A stretch of DNA of 64,000 bases, taken from the NCBI GenBank assembly GCA_043228905.1, contig JBHGNT010000001.1, forward strand, positions 28,582,001-28,646,000, written 5' to 3'. The notes below the pieces were generated by a model. That model was given only the letters and a program-made list of their open reading frames with translations, ran no database searches and was not told the DNA's origin. A program made the translations under genes and the position numbers. Below, piece by piece: positions 11,953 through 22,247 of this stretch; position 1 is the first letter of the stretch, and each line of letters opens with the position of its first letter. This stretch comes from Azolla caroliniana (Eukaryota; Plantae; Polypodiophyta).

Positions 11953-12777
11953 TGAAAGAGTTTCACTCCGATTCGAAATCAGAAATTGAACTTAGACGCA
12001 AACAGAAATAAGAAAGAACACACAATTTACGTGGAAAACCCTGATTTAGGGAAAAACCACGGAACAGAGATTTCACTATGAGAAATGACAGAATACAATC
12101 ACAGAACAATGAAACCTGATTTGGTATGAGCATATACTGAAACCACGATTTCAGTCAAGCTCTTCAAACTCTAGCACGCATGTGACTATTCCTTTCGAAG
12201 CTTCCGAAGCTTCTCTGTCTTTTTCTCTTTTGCTTCACACTTCTTTTCTTCTTACTTAGCTTCTGAGTACGTATACTCTTGCACAGCCACTACTGTGCAG
12301 AAAACCAGTCGTTCTCAGATTCACCACACACACTCAACTCGTTTTTCTCTCAGATATATATATATATATATATATCTCACACCCTCACATACGTTATGTA
12401 GGTTTTCCCCCTTTTCTCACTATTTCACTCTTAGTGAGTTATCCCACATACAGGCGCACTACCAGGCCTGTTAGCATATATATACTAAGTTATTTTCTTC
12501 TTTGTATGTAGAAGACATATGTATATGTATATGTGTGTCAATTCGATTTAGTACGAATTTGACTCTCTCACCGAATTCGATCAGCTAACCCCCGATTCGG
12601 TTCTTCACAACTGACTATTCTTTTGCTTTCCGAATTTCGACCAAATTCGGTAAATCGGTTTTTCGGCCGATTTCAATAATTCGACTCTTTTCGGCTTTTC
12701 GGCCGATTTCGACCAGTTGACACTCAAGTCGACTTTTCGGCCGACTCCCCCGCAAGGAGGGACGCCTTTACACAACA
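11953..12777 (-). repeat. 5' LTR of copia element (825 bp)
   Basis: Matches 6725-7549. The only difference I noticed is T12718 vs C7490. Confidence 0.97.
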
Positions 12778-13695
12778 CTTCTGATAGTACAATCTTGAAA
12801 AGATTTCGTCAACATATTCATGCTTAGAATCATACAAGCTAACATTTATTGAGTCATACATCAGTTATTGCGGTAAAAAATATTTATTCCATGCCCTATG
12901 TTGAAACAATGAGCCAATTAGCCTGTCATACTATAGCTTAGTTTGTTCACATAAGAACTTAAAAATGAAACATGGAGGATGCCGTGAAACACCTAGCTTG
13001 TCTACATGAGCAATATACCAAAAGATTTGAAGGTGAAATAAAATAACATGTGATGAATTACTCATCTACCCCACGAGATTGCGAGACTTTACACTAGATA
13101 TTATCACTTGGGTCGTGTAGACTATCATTATAAAGACCGTATTCAACATTCAGTGTTATATAAACATCTTCAAACAAGAAAAAGGTTAATTAATAAGCTC
13201 CCGTCTGAATCCACATAGTAAGTTAATAACTCCATTCGAAAATACAAAGAAATTGATCCTTCTAAAGACATAATGCCACTATCAATGGTGGAGTGGATCA
13301 TATAGCATCCATACAAAAAGTGTTCCAACTTTTTTTACCCTCTTGTCCTACCAAATTCGGCGATTTCTTGACTTGAGGAAGCTCGAATTCTAATCCTCAG
13401 AAAACAAAATCATATCTTTCGAGCCACAAGAAAAGGCATAAATAAGAAGCTCGTATTCGAACAGTTCGAGTTTTCCAAGATCAAATAAGAAGTGAGTTGC
13501 ATTCTTTCGAATTTTGAGAAATGCATATCAGAACAAATCTCAAATTTGAATTCAAAGCTCTGATGCCAAACATCCATACGCTTCCAAGCATATAAAAAGG
13601 AAGCATGATCTGCTATATTTTGAAAAAGAGAGCATTTTTCGAATCTTCAAGATAAGCACATGGATCATCTGCTCATTATCGTGCCTCATAAATTT

Positions 13696-15222
13696 TCAGA
13701 CCGAATAATCTCTCTCCAATCTCGGTTGTGTCCGAGTATCTGGAGCGGCAGGCAACCGAGAGCTCTTAATCTTAGCAACCTTTAGAGATTCTCCTTTCTC
13801 AGCTCGATACTCCATTTTCTCGAGTTCTGCATTTGCCACACATTTTCGAATGGCCAATGCAAGAAAAATAAGCAAGATCAATGCAGCTGAAACACCGAAG
13901 ACCAACCCGAGGATGATTTTCCATGTATTGGAGGTGTTGCTTCTGATCGGTTCTGGAATGATAGATGCATTTATAGCTGGGTTCAAACCATTTATTGATG
14001 ATGTGGTATCAAGGGGGTCTGACACATTGTTTACTAATGCGAACATTGCTCCAACATGATCTGTTTGACATGTGCCTTGGCTAGATTCTTTACTGTAGTT
14101 GACAATGGTAGAATTCAAACTTGGATTTAGATGGAATGATGCACATTTTGCTGCATAATTGCCTCCAAATTGAATTGAGATAACTCCCCCTCCCATAGGA
14201 GTAATGCCAACTTCTCGAAATGAAATACTGTCATTGATATTATTCGTAGCATCGTATGCATACAAAGACAAAACATCCGAAACAAAAGTGACACCTTCGG
14301 GTAAGGTTTTTTCAAACAGACTAGTGTTGAGAAGATGGGAGTAGACCATAAGGACTCGTTCGTATGCGGGATCGAGATCACACCCATGTGGGATCGAGAA
14401 TTCGTTGATAGTTATACCATATCTTCGGAAGCTTCCGGATCGAACGCGGATGGCTTGGAAGGTTCCGGAAGGTGCAGAGGGAACAGAGAAATTATAAATC
14501 ACTCCTGTTTTTCGGCTTTTTCCATTGAATTGCTGGAATGCAGCTAACTGAATGCTCCTTTCGAGAGACACTATATTCTCCTCGAGTGTATACTCGGACC
14601 CAATTAGGTCATGGGGATTTGGGTTTTGTCCATCTTTGAGCAATGTGGAAGCATCCATTGAAGTGAATGAGTTGCTTGTCCAAATGAGGCCGATGATGAC
14701 AAAACTCAAGCCGGATTGCAAACCAGATTTTGGGTTATGTGATACCATAAACCATTGGCTCGGGTTACACAAACTCTTAAACCACTCAGTTGTGTAAGAG
14801 GCAAGCCAAAACCACACATTAAGGATGCAAGGAACGCTAAACCCCTCACAAAATTGACATATTACGAGAAACCACTCGTTAGGGTTAGATGCTTCCCTAC
14901 ACCAGTCACTAAGATCACTAAAAACCCTAAACCTAAAACCAAGGTTACAAAAAACCATGAACCCTTCCCTAAGGTTAGATGAAATTCTAAACCACACAGC
15001 ACTAATGCTACACAAAAACCTTGTGCAGTCAGTACTAGGTTTACACAAATCCACCCTAAACCACTCGATAATATAAACTAAGATCCTGAGCAGCTGACTA
15101 GGTTTAGATGAACCTCTACCTTTTCCAGTCTTAGATGTGTCACTAGATTTTCCAGCTTCAGAAGAAACCCTAAAACTATGACTAGGGTTAGTTAAAACCG
15201 TAAAACTGCCTGTAGGAATCAT
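13696..15222 (-). CDS. DUF1191-family membrane protein with N-terminal repeat extension (508 aa, intronless ORF)
   Basis: DUF1191-like motifs AIRVRSGSFRRYG, EFSIP, RVLMVY, LYAYDA; TM helix IILGLVFGVSAALILLIFLAL; C-terminal MEYRAEKGESL...SRLPAAPDTRTQPRLE. Start uncertain (ATG 15222 or internal ATG 14748). Confidence 0.85.
   Translation of the reverse strand: MIPTGSFTVLTNPSHSFRVSSEAGKSSDTSKTGKGRGSSKPSQLLRILVYIIEWFRVDLCKPSTDCTRFLCSISAVWFRISSNLREGFMVFCNLGFRFRVFSDLSDWCREASNPNEWFLVICQFCEGFSVPCILNVWFWLASYTTEWFKSLCNPSQWFMVSHNPKSGLQSGLSFVIIGLIWTSNSFTSMDASTLLKDGQNPNPHDLIGSEYTLEENIVSLERSIQLAAFQQFNGKSRKTGVIYNFSVPSAPSGTFQAIRVRSGSFRRYGITINEFSIPHGCDLDPAYERVLMVYSHLLNTSLFEKTLPEGVTFVSDVLSLYAYDATNNINDSISFREVGITPMGGGVISIQFGGNYAAKCASFHLNPSLNSTIVNYSKESSQGTCQTDHVGAMFALVNNVSDPLDTTSSINGLNPAINASIIPEPIRSNTSNTWKIILGLVFGVSAALILLIFLALAIRKCVANAELEKMEYRAEKGESLKVAKIKSSRLPAAPDTRTQPRLERDYSV
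14731..15000 (-). repeat. Degenerate 30-bp (10-codon) tandem repeat, 9 in-register units, with further degenerate units to about 15070
   Basis: On the + strand every 30-nt unit from 14731 has ACC at positions 21-23, and many have GGTT near the start. Protein units such as TEWFKSLCNP, SQWFMVSHNP, NEWFLVICQF, REGFMVFCNL. Confidence 0.85.
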
Positions 15223-16240
15223 GAGTGACTATGCATAAAACATTCAAATATCTGAAGAAAGCTTCTATACATGCATATTATGTATTGGGGGGGGGGGGGG
15301 GGGGGGGGGGTCTTCTCCTTCAACAGCTTTCTCTTTGTTTTCTTCAAAGCTTCACAGCATCACAAATTAATGGCAATGAATGAAGAAGAAGCAGAAGACA
15401 AGGTACATTCATACCTTTCCTTGTCATCATCAGTCAGAAAAGTACTATGGGAAGACAAACTTGGGGGAAAAAAAAAGCTAAAAGAAGGGAAGGAGCAGGG
15501 GCAGAGGACAGAGGACAGAGTAAAGGAGAGAGAGGGGGGGAAGTTCAAAACAAGCATAACAAGTTGACCTAGGTTTCTAGCTGACTAAACATTTCAAATC
15601 TTGGGCATAACTTATTATGTGGTGTCATTGCCAATTGGTCAAGAAGATAGGCGAACTCTTGTCGTGGACCCGGAAGGCACAACCGAGCTTTATTGCAACC
15701 ACAGTCCGCATTCATCACATTTCAAACCTTGGTTATGTTGGGTCAGAAGACATGTGGACACTTGTCGTGTCCCCCCCCCCCCCCCCCGAGAGCACAACCG
15801 AGCTTCATTGCAACCACGGTCTCTTCTTTATAGTGTTCCATCCAACAACCTGTGTCCTCACCCTACACATGAGCACGATATATTCTATTGTGCCACCTTT
15901 GTGGACATAGGATTTGCATACTTGTTGTGTCCAGAGACAAGGGCTTGATCATAATTGGAATTGCGAGTGTTCCTTAGGACTAGGTGAACAACCCCAAGTG
16001 GACACAATGTGTCTATAACCTATTTAGGATCTTGAGTATTATTATCTTGGACCATTTGAACAACCCTTTTGAATAGAAAATTCCTTACACACAATGCAAT
16101 ACCGCACGAAGAATCAAAAAAGCCCAAGTGAGCAATGGGGTAGTAATAATTGGGATCCTAAGTCTTCTATTGGGGAAATTTCTTCTTCACGCTTTGACCA
16201 ACAAATTATCCATAGAGTAGCTAGAACTTGGCAAGTGAGA

Positions 16241-16435
16241 AAGCTTAACCACAAGGAAATAGGATCTTGAGTGTTCTATTTAGGGAACTTCAACTTGACC
16301 AAGTGACCACGTTGCAAACATTGTTGTCCATACCAATGATGTGGAAGCTTAACCACTAGGATATATGATATGGAGTATTCTATTTAGGGAACTCCATCTC
16401 GACCAAGTGAGCATGTGCAAACATTGTTGTCCATA
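16241..16435. repeat. Diverged tandem duplication, about 105 bp x2
   Basis: AAGCTTAACCAC...TTCTATTTAGGGAACT...GACCAAGTGA...GCAAACATTGTTGTCCATA occurs twice. Confidence 0.8.
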
Positions 16436-18417
16436 ATGATGTTGCTCATTTGAGGGCTTCAACCTAGAGCCCAAAGGTTTGAAACACAACCTTGTAGATC
16501 ACCATGTCGAGGTCTTTACATCATATCGTACCCCAAAAATTCACCCCCCCCCCCCCCCCCTCTTTCAAATACCAAGAAAAAAGGAAAGCTTGGAAATTAA
16601 TGTATTGTGTAATACCAACATCCACATAGATGTGTACTATCAACCCATTCCAAATTGTCACTCACCACCAAAGAAAATATGTTCCAACGCGTTCATAAAC
16701 ATGGAGATTATGGTATCTCATCTACATCATGAATGACAATGGATATTTGCGCCAATCTCAAAGGTAAAATGCATGAAACACAAAATTGTTGTGTCAATAC
16801 ATGCATATAACCTAAATGTGTGGTATCAATAGGTCAAAGATTGACCCATGAGCACATTGAATGGTCTATAGCATATGGTCTCATGTGATAGATAGTGCTC
16901 AATATCCTTATGTAAGCTCTCTTATGTGATATCTTTGGTTCCCACGTCCACTATTAATACTGCTGGTTATGAATGGTCATTATCTTTAACGTTTTGACAT
17001 CATTGTCAAGGTATGGGACATGACCATCCTTCATGCAACTTGCTTCTACAAATTTCATTGACAATAGTAGTACATATATGGGGGATAGGGCATAGTCAAA
17101 ACTATGGGTATGCATCTAGATAGCCAAGAAATTAAATAAAACAATCATAAATTTGTAAAAGATGAAGGTATAAAAAGTCTATAAATAAATGAATGCAAAA
17201 TGCCCTATTCCAAATAAAGAAACAAGATTTATAGCTACTAGATCAAACCACTTTTATCTTAGAGTTGCAAATGGTTTATTCCATGAATAGACTGGCCGGT
17301 GGTGGTTGCTTTAAGAGGGTTCAAAGTTCAAACCCATTAGGACTATTAAATACGATTAGTCATTTGATCAAATGGATAAAGATGTATTTTGAAACAAATT
17401 AAGAAATAGGATTCGATACTTTATGTGAAAAATGATGCCTTCACTCTATACTCATTCAAATATTTGACATAAACTTCTTAATAAAACGAAGCATAGCTTG
17501 CATTGAATGATTTTTTCAAGAATCAACAGTAAATTAGGAGAAATTACTGATTCGACATGTATGGAAACACAAATGGATCAATGTTTCTCAAGTTGCATTC
17601 AATTCTTTAGCATCAAAACTTACCAATGTTTGTCTGAATACAAAACACATGTTTTCTTTTACTTTGGGAATCCACACCCTACGTTAGGTAGTATAATTTA
17701 TTGATTCAGACAACTTTTTACACATTTGATGTACTAGAAGCCATAGGCACCTCCAGTCTACTTGCCCTATCTTAGAATTTATCTCTTCTGGTCACGCAAT
17801 CATGTGTTGGATAGTTAATTTGGACTCCAAGTTGTACATCTCCACCCTCGTTGGGTGGTTAGTTCCATATCAACATTATCTTGCTCTAACATCAATTAGT
17901 TGTCCTTCTCATGTGATGTTCCCTAAAAAAGAAAAAACTTGACTTGTAAATTTCTTTTTTCATGCTTATCTCTAATCTTATATTGTAAATTTTTTGACTT
18001 CATTAAATCATTCCTTTGATTGATTGATTAAGCACTTTAATCTTATCCTTAACCCACCCTTTTAATCCAACATGCTCCAATCTCCACACTTAAAGTAGTA
18101 CTAATGACGTTGTAATCCCAATGCTTATCTAGGGGTGCAACACATTAACATCACACAAAGCACCTAAATTCAACATAAGATGTTTTAACCCATTCTTTAC
18201 TCAGAAGTTCATAGTTCATAAAATTTGTGTTCGTGTAGCATAACATTCGTTTTCATACGTTGGAAAACGAATGCGAATGTTATTCAAACATTCTTGTGTT
18301 TTTTATTTTTGTTTTTTCCCCAATTTTTAATGTTTTTATTTTGCTTTTTTCCATTTTTTAGGCTTATTTACCTCATAATAAATACTTAATCCAAAAGTAT
18401 GGTATTTTTATAGGCTT

Positions 18418-18540
18418 ATTTATCATTCTTTGAGGGTGTTTTTCTTACGCGAATGCACATATGGTACTTATGGTTCATATTTATCATTCATTGAGGGATG
18501 TTTTTCTTACGCGAATGCACGTATGGTTCGTATGGTTCAT
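18418..18540. repeat. Tandem duplication, about 61 bp x2
   Basis: ATTTATCATTC...TTTTTCTTACGCGAATGCAC...ATGGTTCAT occurs twice. Confidence 0.85.
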
Positions 18541-19027
18541 ATTATGCTCAGAACAAATGAATAATATGTAAGGAGATACCATTTGGTCTTATGGGGCTGC
18601 ATCAACCTCAATAAAGACATCAATACACCTTATTGACATAAAGACAATAATTTTTTATTGAAAGGGCTATTTGCGTAAAAGGAAACATTTATTCATGAAA
18701 AAATTGAGGTGTAAGGAGTTGTATATAAAAGCCTTGAATGTATGCAATGTAGATTAAGATATAGCAATAAGGTAACCTTAGAAATGACTTGTCCAATGTA
18801 TGGAATAAGGCCTCACTTTAGGGGAAAGGGTCAACAACGACATATATATCTCACCGTAGTGCTTGCATCTTCTACAAGTTCACTATAATAACATAAAGTT
18901 GTAAAGTTCAAATTGTAACAATACCGTTAGGCTCATTCATGTTCTATTCGTTACTCAATAATACATAATGTTTTATATCACCATTTTGTCTATATCTTGT
19001 GACCAAAACTATATTATGCACATGAAT

Positions 19028-19666
19028 CACACACGATCATGGGAGAGTTGTGTGGGGGTCCTTACAGGGTTTGAAACTAACTAAGGAAGGTTGGGCGGAA
19101 CAATTAAATCCACATGGTCATGGTTTTATATTGCAGGGCGGCAGTGTATTCAAAAGTGTTGGAGTAGAACCTGGTACAAACTCTGGTTTTTTTGAGGAGA
19201 TATGGATGTTGGTGGCATGCTTCTCGGTCTGGCACATTTGGACCAGACGATGTATGTTTGTTTTTCAGCAACGAAAACTCCCAAGCGGTGAGGTGTTGCT
19301 AAACATTTGGTTCGAGCTGGTATCTTGGCTGCGCGGACAGTACAACTCAATTGAAGGGAACTCGGATGCAGCAGACAGGGCTCGCTCAAAGTTTTTGCTG
19401 AAATGGGGTCGCTCTCCTATGATGGTTAATTCAGCGTCTGGTCCTAAATGGAATTACCAAGCACCAAGATGGTTGTTTCCGCCATTGGCTTCGTTGTGAA
19501 TATGTGGTCACAATGGTGGTCACTATGTAAAAAGAGGCAGTGGGTTACTCTTGTTGTAAATAGTTAGGTGAGGATTATGTTGTTTTGATTATGGCTGTTC
19601 TTCGATGTAATTCTTTTGCTAACTAATGGGAAGTAGTGTTTTTTTTGGAAAAAAAATAAAAAAAAT
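19028..19666 (+). mobile_element. 5'-truncated LINE (non-LTR) 3' end
   Basis: ORF 19050-19499 contains WMLVACFSVWHIWTRRCMFVFQ, the W..W..RN/C..VF motif of plant L1-type ORF2 C-termini. A-rich tail at 19649-19665. Candidate TSD ATGAAT at 19022-19027 and 19667-19672. Confidence 0.75.
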
Positions 19667-19783
19667 ATGAATAAACATATGCATCGATGCATTTGTGGAT
19701 AAGCTTTCCTTTATGACATTGTAAGAACTTCGTTTTTGTGTTGATAATTACTTTGAGATGTAGCAAATATACACTAGCTTAAT

Positions 19784-20109
19784 CCTAGTAGTTAAAAAAT
19801 GCATATTCTACGTTTAGAGTATGTTTTAGAATACTCTAAAGTATTCTACATGTATTCTACGTTTTAGAACTGCCGTTTTTAAAATTTTGATGTATGCTGC
19901 GTATTTAACAAGAATTTATCATTTCAAAAATATATTTATTTTTGAAAAAAAAAACTTTAAATTTTAAGAAGTATTTAACGTATTTTACAAGTGTTCTACA
20001 CGTATTCTAAGTATTTAACGTATATTATCTATAAAATATGTATTCTAAGTATTTAAAAAAAATGTTAGAATACTTAGAATACGTATTCTACACATATTTT
20101 ACAACAATG
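19784..20109. mobile_element. Non-autonomous hAT-like MITE (326 bp)
   Basis: Flanked by the direct repeat AGCTTAAT (19776-19783, 20110-20117). Imperfect TIRs CCTAGTAGTTAAAA / reverse complement CATTGTTGTAAAAT. Interior filled with GTATTCTA and GTATTTAA motifs. Confidence 0.65.
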
Positions 20110-21013
20110 AGCTTAATCACTTCAACCGAGGCATTAATTAAGTCTAATAAGTTGTATAGTTTTCAGCTAAAATTTATGCAAGAAGCTGCTGTTGTTAAAA
20201 AATATGTATATTAACTTGTAGGGAAAGGGTTGTAACTTGCGCCTTATTCATTGCTAGTCACATTTCGTTTGTTTTGAAATTAATTTGATATGTTTGTTCT
20301 TTTAAGCTTGATCATAAGATTCCTAAGTGGTATTTTCTTACAAGCACCCATATTCCTTTGTATGTCGCATGTTTCTTTAATATACTTACTTCCCAAAGCA
20401 TTAAAAATAGTGGGATTGTTGCTTCACTCTCTTTCTTTCCAATGCAATGGTTTCTTATACTTTTTATTGATTTCTCCCTCGTATCTCTTACTAATCCCTA
20501 GGAGTTGCATGTTGGAACACTATAATCAGGTGTCAAAAGCAACAAAACACTTGACTTCCAAAAGGATAAAGGCCACGGGGACATCCCTACGTTGATTCTT
20601 AAAAAATAGCAACACAAAAGTGCTAATGTAACTAATCATGTTAGGGCCATCATACCTTTATCCAGAAAAGGCATAAGCTTGTGTGTGTACAATCCTCTAT
20701 GGAAGACCTAATACTCCAATTGAAAAACAAACTTGCATTTGGTATTGTAGAGCCTTTTATCATGCACATGATTTGGTACTCAAAACTACACATATGGATG
20801 TTGAACATGGCTTCTTCTAGCCCCTACCAATTTGATCTTCACGTTTCTATGTTCTCAAAGTCCCACAAGGGACCCAATGGGTCGGGCAGGGCCCCATGGC
20901 CATTAGCCGGACTACAAGCAGATGGGCATGGCGTGTCTCCCCCACAAACCCTGGATTAGGGTCAGGGCTTCCCTGCCACTTTCTTTTCTTTGTGTGTGCC
21001 TCGATGTTGATAT

Positions 21014-21018
<5 letters not shown>

Positions 21019-21078
<60 letters not shown>
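21019..21078. repeat. (TC)30 microsatellite
   Basis: Direct reading. Confidence 0.95.
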
Positions 21079-21081
<3 letters not shown>

Positions 21082-22216
21082 TATTACGTTGGGTTCCATG
21101 TTACATGTTCTTTAATGTATCCCACATCATGTTGATAATTCATAAGTTTTGTGTTGAAATCTTGGTTTTATCTCTTTAGGTCACCTTTGCCAACCTTAAA
21201 GATACCAAAAGCACTTAGATTCCCACGTAAGCCGAGACTAACAAGCAACTTGTCTAATCATTGAGACTAGAAAGGAAAATTTGTAATTTCCAAAGACGAG
21301 CTTGTGAAAATGCCCCCAAGGATAAATTAGAATGCAAGCTTATTCCAATTTATGGCACGATACAGTAATATGCTCTGCAGATCTAAAGCCTCTGCATGAC
21401 GAAAATATGCAAGAGTCATGAACAACACATTTGGTAGATACAAGAATCATATAAAAAAGAATTATGCCTTTCAAGTAAATGTTTAAGTAAATTGCATCAT
21501 TGGAAATACTACACAAATAATCATGAAATATAACCAAAACTAAAGTAATAAGAGAAGAATAAAAGAGAAAATGGTGTACTTCCATAATCAATAAAAATAA
21601 GCATACATGGATACCACCTTTAGCACTACTACTATAAGATTGTTGTGTCTCATTTCAAAAGTAGAGAGCATCATGTGTTGGATGCTTGGATGCATGTCTA
21701 ATTAATTGGCTACATACAACATTTGCTTCATTGATAATGTAGAATTTTATTGTCCAAATTCCCATGTTTGCATGGTGCTGGTTTTCTCTCCTCCATTTAA
21801 CATCGAATGATGTGGGGTACGTTTTATGCATGCCCAACTAGTTCTGCAGTGTGGTTACTCCTCCAATAGCTTTTTCATCGCACTACTACTAGTGCGGCCG
21901 TCATCTTTTCTCGTACAAAATCTGTTATACTCAAAGTGACAACCAAATCAACAGCAAACATTTGTTTAGATTACTATACTGTAAATAAATACAAGTAACA
22001 AAACCTTTACTCTTAAAGCATAATAATGCTTTTCATTTCCTTCATTGATATATATTATACATAATGCTTTTCTTGTTATATGTAAATAGAACAAAATTGG
22101 ACGGCCCTGATCGTCCTGGAATTCCGAAAAGAGCTCAGGGCCGTCCAAGCCATTGATTCACTCGCTGTTCACATCTTATGAACCTCGAATAGTGAGTGAC
22201 CAGGGAACCCTGTGCA

Positions 22217-22243
22217 TTAGGGTTAGGGTTAGGGTTAGGGTTT
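22217..22243 (+). promoter_or_regulatory. (TTAGGG)4 ending in a telo-box (TTAGGGTTT), just upstream of the TTM3 ATG
   Basis: TTAGGG at 22217, 22223, 22229 and 22235; ATG at 22248. Regulatory role is inferred. Confidence 0.7.
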
Positions 22244-22247
22244 GGCC

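Larger units (their letters stand above)
6725..12777 (-). mobile_element. Full-length Ty1/copia LTR retrotransposon
   Basis: TG...CA 825-bp LTRs at 6725-7549 and 11953-12777. 5-bp TSD CTTCT at 6720-6724 and 12778-12782. tRNA-iMet PBS, PPT and an uninterrupted gag-pol ORF are present. Confidence 0.98.

Noticed and set aside
22097-22243. H/ACA snoRNA or telomerase RNA interpretation of the hairpins plus telomeric repeats
   Set aside because: No ANANNA hinge or 3' ACA in place, no recognisable Pol III USE/TATA arrangement, and four full repeats are not a telomerase template.
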